DNA of 45,811 nucleotides from Octopus bimaculoides (taxonomy: Eukaryota): assembly GCF_001194135.2 (NCBI RefSeq), contig NC_068994.1, positions 8,126,104 through 8,171,914 of the forward strand, written 5' to 3'. Below are positions 13,357 to 23,538 of this stretch, piece after piece. The notes under the pieces were generated by a model, which was given only the letters and a program-made list of their open reading frames with translations, did no database searches and was not told the DNA's origin. The first letter of the stretch is position 1. Every line of letters starts with the position of its first letter. The translations under genes were made by a program, and so were the position numbers.

Positions 13357-14044
13357 AGCATAAATGTAGGTAGTTATGTATGTGTCTGTATATGCACACA
13401 TATAGCATATGCATACACATATATACACGTACATACATATGTGTGTGTGTGTATGTGTGTGTTTGTGTTTGTGCTTGTGTGTGCATTTAATGCATGATGC
13501 ATACATATATGTATACTTATGGGTACTTATTGATGTATGTAAATATGCATACATCAAAACATATATATACTCTTATACATATATGTATGCATGTACATAT
13601 ACGTGTGTATATGTTATTTACACACAAGTCTCTTATATATTTGTATATATGTATGACTATGTGTGTACAGACTCACACGTACGTACACACACAAATAGAA
13701 TTCTAGTAAGGGTTCGTAATTAATTATGTATTTTGCATTTGGTGGATTGAGGTCATGAGAAAATAAAAGTCAAGAGCACCACAAAAATATGAAATTTGTT
13801 TTCATTTCCGGTGAGAGGCGGAACGAAACTCTTCAGTCAAGTGTAATAAAATAAAATCGCTCAGTTGTTCAGACTTAGCTAAAAATAATGTCCGTTAAAC
13901 AACTCTCATTTACGTAGAGACGTTTCTGACTCAGCTTCTTGAAGCAGCCTTGAACTGGACTGTCAACTGAAGCAGTGGTCATCTCCTTGGACAGCCTGTT
14001 TGTGTGTTGTGGAACTCATTGATGGATACTCTTTTGTTCGTTCA

Positions 14045-14398
14045 CTGGTTTCAGTCATTTGACTGCAGCCTTTAGTCGAGCAAATCGCCCCCAGGCGATT
14101 CCTTTGTAAGCCTAGTACTTATTCTATCGGTCTCTTTTGCCGAACCGCTAATGTTACGGGGACGTAAACACGCCATCATCGGTTGTCAAGCGATGTTGGG
14201 GGGATAAACATAGACATACAAACACACACACTCACACACACATATATCTACATATATACGACGGGTTTCTTTCAGTTTCCGTCTACCAAATCCACTCACA
14301 AGGCTTTGGTCGGCCCGAGGCTATAGTAGAAGACACTTGCCCAAAGTGCCACGCTGTGGGACTGAACTCATAACCATGTGGTTGGTAAGCAAGCTACT
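14045..14398 (-). mobile_element. SINE family B, 5'-clipped
   Basis: About 90% identical by eye to the reverse complement of 15824-16217 over the head region. Confidence 0.9.
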
Positions 14399-14995
14399 TT
14401 TATTCATAAAATTTGCTACAAGGGCAGTACACAGAGTAGCTACGGGCTGGACGAGGACATTAATGAGATGAATGATAACGAAAATGAGTAAAAATGAGAG
14501 GGGCACCAGTTCCCGACCAATAACCCCTTACCACACAGCCACTCCTNNNNNNNNNNNNNNNNNNNNNNNNNNNNNNNNNNNNNNNNNNNNNNNNNNNNNN
14601 NNNNNNNNNNNNNNNNNNNNNNNNNNNNNNNNNNNNNNNNNNNNNNNNNNNNNNNNNNNNNNNNNNNNNNNNNNNNNNNNNNNNNNNNNNNNNNNNNNNN
14701 NNNNNNNNNNNNNNNNNNNNNNNNNNNNNNNNNNNNNNNNNNNNNNNNNNNNNNNNNNNNNNNNNNNNNNNNNNNNNNNNNNNNNNNNNNNNNNNNNNNN
14801 NNNNNNNNNNNNNNNNNNNNNNNNNNNATATATACGTACATGTGAGGAGTAGATAGACAGCCGACAACTGATGAAGGGTCGTTCTTTAGGTTACTTGTCT
14901 TGTTTTCCATTTGTTTCCCTCGTTGTTTGCGTATTGAACTCATTTGTTTTCGTGTTTCATGCCATTTACTGTAGGTGGCGTCCTGTAACCATATA

Positions 14996-15035
<40 letters not shown>

Positions 15036-15177
15036 CATATATATATATATATATATAAATCATTGTGTTGTGTCCTTCAACACCATTTGACTACTAGTAT
15101 TGGTTTCTTTGCGTTCCAGCAGTCCACCGGCTTGACAAGAGAGACAAGTAAATTAAATATCTGAGTTAAAATTAATA

Positions 15178-15490
15178 CAGTGAATCCTCGCAGTACGAGT
15201 TTAATTCGTTCCATGACCGAGCTCGTCTTACGAGTTACTCGTTTTACAAATCAATTTTCCATATTGAAATTAACTAGAATATAATTAACCCGTTCCAACC
15301 CAAGAAAACCGCTCAAAAATAATTTTTCATGGGTTTTAAAACAGAAAAGGTGTAGTTACAAGTAAAATGACAATTAAAAAAGAGACTGCAAAACAAATAT
15401 GTAAACTTGTTTTATTAACTGAATTACCTTAAAGATGGGACGATTTGTGTGCTTCTACCGCGGATTTCCTCTCGTACTTCAAGACAAAAT
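15178..15490. mobile_element. pogo/Tigger-like (Tc1/mariner) non-autonomous element, right end decayed
   Basis: TA followed by cagtgaatcctcgcagtacgagtttaattcgttcc is typical of Tigger-like termini; ctcgtacttcaag near 15470 resembles the subterminal right end; no clean right TIR or TSD. Confidence 0.5.
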
Positions 15491-15494
15491 ATGT

Positions 15495-15660
15495 GTGTGT
15501 GTGTGTGTGTTTGTGTATTCGTGTGCGTTTGTCCTCTGCTCACCGCTTAAAAGAGACCGATAGAATAAGCACTAGGCTCTAAAAAAAAATAATCCCCGGG
15601 GTCAGATTTGTTCGACTAAAATCCTTCAAGGTTGTGCTCCGACTGAAACGAATAAAAGAA
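15495..15660 (+). mobile_element. SINE family B 3' fragment
   Basis: aaagagaccgatagaataagcactaggc...ccggggtcagatttgttcgactaaa. Confidence 0.65.
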
Positions 15661-15823
15661 TAAGAGAATGCAGGAAAATAATTCCTGTTCCCTTGTCATC
15701 TATTTAATTTCATATTACGCTCTGTACTCGCCTAACGCTTTGTTCTGGAGCACATGGATATTGAGTCCGCACACCAGAATTATTAGTATCTCTACGCGTA
15801 AGCGAAATCTTAAAATATGTATA

Positions 15824-16217
15824 GGCGCAGGAGTGGCTGTGTGGTAAGTAGCTTGCTTACCAACCACATGGTTCTGGGTTCAGTCCCACTGCATGGTACC
15901 TTGGGCAAGTGTCTTCTACTATAACCTCGAGTCGACCAAAGCCTTGTGAGTGGATTTGGTAGAAGGAAACTGAAAGAAGCCTGTCGTATATATATGTATG
16001 TGTGTGTATATGTTTGTGTGTCTGTGTTTGTCCCCCCCAACATCGCTTGACAACCGATGCTGGTGTGTTTACATCCCCGTAACTTAGCGGATCGGAAAAA
16101 AGAAACTGATAGAATAAGTACTAGGCTTACAAAAGAAAAGTCCTGCGGTCGGTTTGCTCGACTAAAGGCGGTGCTCCAGCACGGCCGCAGTCAAATGACT
16201 GAAAACAAGTAAAGAGT
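15824..16217 (+). mobile_element. tRNA-derived SINE, family B, full length (reference copy)
   Basis: ggcgcaggagtggctgtgtggtaag (A-box-like), gggttcagtccc (B-box-like), internal (TA/TG)n, 3' end gactgaaaacaagtaaagagt; more than 10 related copies in the window. Confidence 0.92.
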
Positions 16218-16470
16218 ATACGTACATGCATCCATATATATTTGCATATACAAATTTATATGCGTAGCTACACTCGTAATCACTCTTACACAAGCATACA
16301 TAATATAGATAGGTGGGTACGTGTGGCCTTTGTGCAGCTTGTTTGTTACTATGTGTGCCTGTGTGTGGATATAAAATATGGTAAATACATATTTCTGAGG
16401 CTAAATCTGAATGAAGTTGAGAGCTGATAGCTGAGAGGTGAAAGCTGAATTCATAATTTATAAATTCTAG

Positions 16471-16594
16471 GTGGGTGGATATATTTTTACAAGCACATCC
16501 GCCGTTCATAGAAGAAGGGGTAGAAGAAAATTCTCTTCGGCTTCTCTTGGAGTCAGTCATTTTGCCAGTTGTGGTCGCCATGACACGCGTTAAA
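16471..16594 (+). CDS. Candidate internal coding exon (WVDIFLQAHPPFIEEGVEENSLRLLLESVILPVVVAMTRVK), product unknown
   Basis: aattctag| acceptor, aaa|gtaagt donor, 124 nt open in one frame, unique sequence between repeats; no recognisable domain and no partner exon found. Confidence 0.33.
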
Positions 16595-17330
16595 GTAAGT
16601 CTAATTGCCATACAAAGGATGTAGCTGAAGAACCGAGGAATGGTCTTCTCTTCCGCCACTCTAGTGATGCATACATACATACATACACACACATACATTC
16701 ATGCATCTATATAAACATACATACATACCAACATATATACATGCATATAAACATACATACTCACATACATACATACATACATACATACATGCAAACGTCC
16801 ATAAATACATACATAAATACATGCATATGTATGTATGCATATTTATTACATACATATATATGTATGTATATTTATATATATATATATATATATATATACA
16901 TACATATATNNNNNNNNNNNNNNNNNNNNNNNNNNNNNNNNNNNNNNNNNNNNNNNNNNNNNNNNNNNNNNNNNNNNNNNNNNNNNNNNNNNNNNNNNNN
17001 NNNNNNNNNNNNNNNNNNNNNNNNNNNNNNNNNNNNNNNNNNNNNNNNNNNNNNNNNNNNNNNNNNNNNNNNNNNNNNNNNNNNNNNNNNNNNNNNNNNN
17101 NNNNNNNNNNNNNNNNNNNNNNNNNNNNNNNNNNNNNNNNNNNNNNNNNNNNNNNNNNNNNNNNNNNNNNNNNNNNNNNNNNNNNNNNNNNNNNNNNNNN
17201 NNNNNNNNNNNNNNNNNNNNNNNNNNNNNNNNNNNNNNNNNNNNNNNNNNNNNNNNNNNNNNNNNNNNNNNNNNNNNNNNNNNNNNNNNNNNNNNNNNNN
17301 NNNNNNNNNNNATATATATATTTACATATA

Positions 17331-17462
17331 TTTATACGAGAACTACGTTAAGGTTGCACGTGTCTGTGGAATAGTCTGCCACTTGCACATTAATTTCACG
17401 AGCAGGCTCTTCCGTTGATCGGATCAACTGATACCTTTGTCTTTGTAACCGACGGAGGGCCA
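17331..17462 (+). mobile_element. SINE family C 3' fragment
   Basis: gagaactacgttaagg...cacttgcacattaatttcacgagcaggctcttccgttgatcggatcaactg matches the reverse complement of 28707-28830. Confidence 0.8.
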
Positions 17463-17724
17463 CTTACATATATATATATATACATATATATACATATATA
17501 CGTACATGCAAGTATGTGTGTATAATATGTAGCTATATGCAAATGTAGAATACACATAAATATGTATGTATGAATGTATGTATGTATGTATCTATCTGTC
17601 TATCTATCTAGCGATAATATACATGATGGATTATTTCATACATGATGGATTATTTTATGCACAGATATACACACAGATATACACACATGTAGGTATCTCC
17701 TTTCCTTTCTTTCACGATTTCTCC

Positions 17725-17773
<49 letters not shown>

Positions 17774-18189
17774 GACCATTGTAAATTTTCGCATATGTAA
17801 TATTACACATGTGTAATAGTATATGATTATAACTGCGGTTCATGTAACAGATTCGGTCGTTCGGGGTAAAACTAAAAGCTTTGTCCTAAACCAATGCAGC
17901 TTGACTTTAACCATTCATCTCCGAACTCGCGCTATACTTATGGGAGAGCTTGTTATGTGGAGAAGCATTTCTCAATTACACAGCGTTCTTATTGTTTTTG
18001 ATGCCCTGACGGGATGTTTCTTGTACGTACAACGTCTTTGCTGCCTGTGAGATTTGGGCACACACGATTTCGTACAAGAATATCCGTTGCTGGAAGCAAA
18101 TTCTGGAATCTTGGGAGCTAAATGGAAATGGTGGTGCGGGGTGGGGCATAGAGTTATTTTACTCCAGGAAGCATCCTGTTTCTTTCACC

Positions 18190-18502
18190 GTCTCTGTCAT
18201 CTGTCTGTCTATCTATCTGTCTGTCTGTCTGTCTCTCTGTTTGTTTGTCTGTCTTTCTCTCTGTGTCTGTCTCTCTGTTTGTTTGTCTGTCTCTCTCTCT
18301 CTGTCTGTCTCTCTGTTTGTTTGTCTGTCTCTCTCTCTGTGTCTGTCTCTCTCTCTGTGTCTGTCTCTCTGTGTGTCTGTCTGTCTGTCTCTCTGTGTGT
18401 CTGTCTGTCTCTCTGTGTGTCTGTCTGTCTCTCTGTGTGTCTGTCTGTCTCTCTGTGTGTCTGTCTGTCTCTCTCTGTGTCTGTCTGTCTGTCTCTCTCT
18501 CT
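18190..18502. repeat. (TCTG)/(TC)/(TG) compound microsatellite with about 18-bp higher-order periodicity
   Basis: Direct reading. Confidence 0.9.
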
Positions 18503-18504
18503 CA

Positions 18505-18730
18505 GGAGATGAACGCATGCCCAAACAGCTGTTTTATGGTGAGCTTGCAGAGGGGGAAACGCTATCGGCGTAAACCTGAAAAAACGTTTAAGGACGGCAT
18601 AAGGACTACTATGAAGTCACTTGGAATGAATACAGAGGACATAGAAACCCTTGCTTCGGATCGAGCTGGATGGCGAACAGAAGTGTGGAGTGGAGTGAAA
18701 GCGTTTGAAGAGTCTAAGCGTCCTGAGATA
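18505..18730 (+). mobile_element. RTE-clade LINE, C-terminal RT remnant with one frameshift
   Basis: [16 protein letters not shown] / [52 protein letters not shown] matches the RTE motif DxRxPKxxxYGEL..R..G...KRxKD...A.DR..WR. Confidence 0.85.
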
Positions 18731-18849
18731 ATAGATAGCCGCTACGATGACGCGCAAAGACACAGAAACTAGGCGATCTAGCAATTCCAACGCTTTAGTT
18801 TTCGAATGATGCTACCCCGCTGGCAAGGCGGGCGGGCCGGCCCACATTC

Positions 18850-18980
18850 CCAGCCCCTGATCGGAAGACTAGTCAGTCACAGGGTGACCCATTTACGGTT
18901 GAGCGGACTGGAGCAACGGGAAATGAAATGTTTTGATCGAGAACACAACGTGCTGCTTGGTCCGGGAATCGAACCCATGA
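18850..18980 (-). mobile_element. SINE of family D/E type, head and core
   Basis: Minus strand gggttcgattcccggacc...ttgtgttctcgatcaaaacatttcatttcccgttgctccagtccgctcaaccgtaaatggg. Confidence 0.75.
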
Positions 18981-19076
18981 AACAGCCTGATGAGTTTGCG
19001 AATGGCGTCAAATGGATTGACTGAACAATTATTCAAACAATCGATTAGTTAATTCGTTACATTTTCATGAATTAAC

Positions 19077-19111
<35 letters not shown>

Positions 19112-19112
19112 G

Positions 19113-19190
19113 CAGAAACATCTAGATAAGATCCCAGGAGAACCGTGTCTCAGAGAAGTACAAAAGATTGTACTCACAAGCACTGCTCAC
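19113..19190 (+). mobile_element. 78-bp R4/Dong-type LINE fragment
   Basis: QKHLDKIPGEPCLREVQKIVLTSTAH is near-identical to the C-terminus at 36799-36900 (QKHLDDIPGEPGLREIQKIIQTSTVH); preceded by (AAT)n. Confidence 0.85.
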
Positions 19191-19254
19191 GACGGGCGAA
19201 ATACCACTAAGCATTTCGTCCAGCGTGCTAAGGATTCTGCCAACTTGCCGCCTT
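19191..19254 (-). mobile_element. SINE family A, 5' head only
   Basis: Minus strand aaggcggcaagttggcagaatccttagcacgctggacgaaatgcttagtggtatttcg. Confidence 0.8.
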
Positions 19255-19824
19255 TTATTATAATAATAATAATAATAATAATAAGTAGAAGAAGAAAAGA
19301 AGTGAAATAGAACGAGTGCGTGTGTTTACTATTAGCATAATGATCCTGCCGAAATATAACAAAACAACTATTAGAAAATACAAAATAGTTTTTGTTTTTC
19401 TTTCTGAAAAGTAGATGAGACAAGTCTATAAATTTTAAAGCCATATTATGACGTAATCAATGAATTTTAAATTTTGCTATACATGTCCAAAATAGGGCTG
19501 AGGGAATCATGAATAAGGTACACAAGTGTGCGCGTAAATTGAGATAAGAACTTACAGTTGCTTGGAGAATAAATGATTCACACACGCCGTCCTCATAACA
19601 AAACAATAGTTAAATCCGTATTAACATAATTAATGCAACGGTTATTAAAATCTCTCTTTTCTTTGCGTTATACATTTTTTAATGAGGTCTGTTTTTTAGA
19701 GGATGAAAGAGGGGGAAAGAAAGAGAGAAAAGGAGCAAGAGAAAAAGAGAAAGAGATACGAAAGAGAGAGAGATGTAATATAGGGTGTCACTTTCTGAAA
19801 TGCATTCAAGCGTAATCATATTAG

Positions 19825-19996
19825 CTTGCCGAGTACATTTGGGAATTCAAAGATAAGCATACAAGTTATTATATCGGAAGCTTACAATAAAATCTCTAAC
19901 TTCTGCGATTTATGCATCTCTGAGAACTGCAGAGTCTTGCTCTATCATAGCAATATAGCTAACAAGAATTTTGAGCTTGCTTCAGTCTGCAAACAT
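19825..19996 (+). mobile_element. Penelope-like GIY-YIG endonuclease C-terminal remnant, frameshifted
   Basis: LAEYIWEFKDKH, then AYNKISNFCDLCISEN...NKNFELASVCKH, matching the PLE pattern LSxYIWxLK...Y...CxLCxxEK...NxxxELxxxCxH. Confidence 0.72.
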
Positions 19997-20356
19997 ACTT
20001 TCATATTTACTACGAAATCGTGAGAGTAACCCAACGTTAATTAGTTACACATTGCGTATGAGAAAAACACTACAGAGTTACTCACTTTCTCCCACTCACG
20101 GCGTTTCTCTTTTTGCATATGATTTATAATTACAGATATTTATAAGTAGCTTCCAAACATCATATATCATGCGTGTGATCGGTGACCACAAGTGAAATTG
20201 TATTGCCCCTAAAACTCCAAACGTGAGCTCTAGGGTTCCAACAACGAATAACGACTATAGCTACGGCGTCCACGCTATCCGACGTTCTTGTGCTCCTTAG
20301 TAAGGCATTTCTCAAATTTGCAAGCTGGACTTTTGGGTTGCAAGCAGGAACATTAG

Positions 20357-20597
20357 TCACCGTGCAATCACTAAGGATAATAGTCTAATAAAGGGGCATA
20401 TAAACCCTCGACAGAAAAAAAGAAGGCTTTTCTATCCGCGTAGGAGTCGAACCCATATCCCTTTCTTAACACACTTAGTCGCGTTAGCAAAGGGATGTGG
20501 GTTCGACTTCCAAGCGGATAGAAAAGCTTTCTTTTTTTTCTCTTGAGGGCTTATATGTCCCTTTATTAGACTATTTTCCTTAGTTATTGCACGGTGA
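20357..20597. repeat. 241-bp fold-back: 114-115-bp inverted arms with a 12-nt spacer
   Basis: Arm 20357-20470 versus the reverse complement of 20483-20597: about 13 substitutions plus a 1-nt indel (about 88%); termini tcaccgtgcaa...ttgcacggtga. Confidence 0.93.
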
Positions 20598-20794
20598 ACG
20601 CTATAAGCTTTAAGCTTATATAAAAAATACCATATATATATATATATATATATATACATCACTTCTTTTCTCTAAATTATATATTTATATATTATATTCT
20701 GTGAAGCTTAATTTAATTTTAACTTTTGATAAATTGAATTTAATTGAGATTTTATCTGTAAATTTGGATTTTTATCCCTAATATTATATATATA

Positions 20795-20955
20795 TTTGTA
20801 CTATGGGCTTCTACACACTTTTCGTATACCAAATTTACTCACAATGAATTGGTCACTCCGGAGCTATAGCAGAAAATGTTTTCCAAGTTGCCAAGCTCTA
20901 GGGTTGAACCCGAAATGATGTGGTTTCAAAGCGAGCTTCTTAACAACGCAGTCAC
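20795..20955 (-). mobile_element. Degraded SINE family B head
   Basis: ccaaatttactcacaa...gctatagcagaaaatgttttccaag...gaacccgaaatgatgtggtttcaaagcgagcttcttaac. Confidence 0.6.
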
Positions 20956-21968
20956 GAAGTAATTCCTTTTATCTGTTCGCGTATTCCATTATCACTTACT
21001 AATTTCCATATTTTTCTTTAATTATTGATCGCCACTTTATACAAAAAAAACCCCCGAAAAATCAAAAACAAAACTGTTAAATAAGCCCCAGACATTACAC
21101 AATACAACTTTCTCCTTACACTTCATAATTTACCTACACCCTCCTCCACTTTATCTATCTCTGAATCGCATACATTATTGGTAAATTCTGGTTAATACGA
21201 TGACAAAATGACATAAGACAAAAGGTATATACAATTCATGTTTAGTTCGAATTGCGCTTATACTCCAGCTTTTAACACAGGGATGTTATAGTTTATAGCT
21301 GCCTGAATAAAGACAGGTTATAGGCAATGTATCGATTAAGCGGGTGTATATACATATATTTATACATAGATTTATGCACACACACACATATATATATAAT
21401 GGAACAAAAGGATGGGTAGCCTATCCTTTTGGTCTTTTGATATGGAGATTACGAAAACATCTACACGTATGCTAATTTTTTAATTTTCTTAAATCATCCT
21501 TCTTATTTGAACTCGAAATGTCTTCCTTTCTTCTGCTGTCTATTCTTTTATCTTCATTTATTTTTTTGTTCCCAACCTTTTATACTTCAGCCTTTATATA
21601 TAACCGTTTTTTTTTTTAACCAAAGCTAACGTTATCGATTGCACAAAAACCAAGAAAACCACGTATATATATTATCAGTTAATTTGTGACTGCACAACAA
21701 AGTCTAAATTATATTTATAAAAATGCATGCATAAATTTTTGTTTTGTTAAATAACAACTGTCTAATGAACTTGGAGACGAATATTGGAGTTACATTGCAA
21801 ATACAACTGGTAAGTCGAAGTTTCATTATTGAAGTTTATTTATTGTTGAGTTTATTATTGTTAATTGTTGTAGTGTTCTTTGAATACTTTGGGTTTTTTT
21901 TCTACCTTGTGGCAGGCTAGTTGTGCTTTCTCTCCTCATGGAGGAGGGTAAGCAAAGGTAAAAAAAAA

Positions 21969-22528
21969 ATGGAAGAAATCAGCTCGTCAGATAACAGCTA
22001 CACTGAGGTGTCTTATTCTGAGTAGTCGGACACTTCGTGGGCCAACAGGAATTACAGAGGCTTCGCAGAAGTAACTAAAGTATCAGAAAATAATGTGGAT
22101 TTCGAAGAGTGGAAGAAATACTCCAAAATGATGAAAAGGGACGGAACAAAGGTGGAAGTAACCGCGTCAATAGAGATAATTGATAAAATAAGAAGATTAC
22201 GGTAGTGTATAAAACACACTCAAATACTGAAGGAAGAATCAAAGAAATGACGACGAGCCAAATGGAGAAGATACTAAGGCCTGTATGAAAGGATATTAGG
22301 TATTTAACAAGAGGCAGTAATTTTGGTACAATTAAAGTCCAATTTAATGATGTAGGCAGTGCAAGTTTGAACTCAACAATATTAAAGAACGAAGAAGTGG
22401 TGGTGTTGCCAGTATACGGTGGAAGGAGTGCTATAAGGGTCAACGTAGAGGGAATTCTTCCGGACGTCGACGTGGTGGAACCAGCTCTTAGCCATTGTTG
22501 TTCCCAGGGCTGCTCTAATCCGGAGTAG
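21969..22528 (+). pseudogene. Disrupted non-LTR retrotransposon ORF1-like sequence (possibly L1/Tx1 type)
   Basis: ATG at 21969, then reading with several stops and a frameshift ...KDIRYLTRGSNFGTIKVQF...VLPVYGGRSAIRVNVEGILPDVD, which resembles LINE ORF1 segments of the form lPxYxGRxxxxVxVxxvpxxv; no clear zinc knuckle or ORF2 seen. Confidence 0.5.
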
Positions 22529-23154
22529 AAGCACATGTCAGGGTCCTAACTGTAAGCTAATTAGCATATTAGGGTTTGCCTTTCGAAACATGTGAAGACT
22601 GGTTCGGGCGGATTCTGCGAAGGACGCTTTAATGGTACAACGATGGGGAAGACGGACAGAGCAACACATTGTGGAGAGCAGACTCTAAAAGGAAGGAAAT
22701 AAGAGACCTTGGTCATCCACTGCGTCCGTCTCCATCCCGAATCGTGTTGACCTGGTCTTGCCTTTGAATTGAAGATGGCCACAAATGAGAGTGAGGCTGA
22801 CAGAGCGCAAGTCTTCTTCACTTTAATCGAAGTCACCGAGCAAGAGGTCCGTCATCCTCAAAAAGGTGACTAGATGAACCTCGTCGCCTCGACGGACGAA
22901 CACGATATACACACACACTCACGCGCAGCAACACACATATTAATTTCAATAAACCTTAACAAATTGCAGCTTGTTTTAGTCTACAGATCTTTCCAAACGA
23001 ATTCCTGAAAGAATAGAGAGGGAACTGGAGGTAAGAGTTTTAATTTTCATTTCAACGATTCGTCCATAGCTTCCAGTCCTTTTTTACCACTACACTTCTG
23101 TATCCTCCTTTAACTTTGCCTGCAAACCGCTTATGGATCTATATCGTTTATCTT

Positions 23155-23538
23155 TCCTTTGTTAACGTCATTGGATTGCGACCATGCTGGGGCATTGCCT
23201 TGAAAGGTTTAGTCGAATAAATCGATCCTAGTACTAATTTGTTTTTAAGTCTGGTGTTTTTATTCATCGGTCCTTTTTCCGAAATCACCAAGTTGCGAGG
23301 ACATAAGCAAACCAGCACCGGTTGCCAAACGGTGATATAGTTATAATAGACAAACACAAAGATGTTTTCCAGATAGAATTTCTTTTTTTTTTTTCTTTTG
23401 CACCAAATTCGGTAACAAGACATTAGTCAACGCGGATCTATGAAAAAAAGACACTTGCCAAAGGTGCTACACTGTGGAACTGAACCCGAAATCATATGGT
23501 TACAAAACTAGTTTCTTCACCACACACCGATGCCTGCG
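23155..23538 (-). mobile_element. SINE family B-related, diverged
   Basis: gaccatgctgggg...ttagtcgaataaatcgatcctagtac...agacacttgccaaaggtgctacactgtggaactgaacccgaaatcatatgg. Confidence 0.75.

Noticed and set aside
13905-13990. Minus-strand exon candidate (LSKEMTTASVDSPVQGCFKKLSQKRLY), phase-compatible with 32007-32237
   Set aside because: No polypyrimidine tract and a weak donor; a phase match is expected by chance one time in three.
18987-19020. CUGAUGA-GUUUG...CAAAU
   Set aside because: The stem closes on GGAU rather than GAAA, so it is not a hammerhead core.
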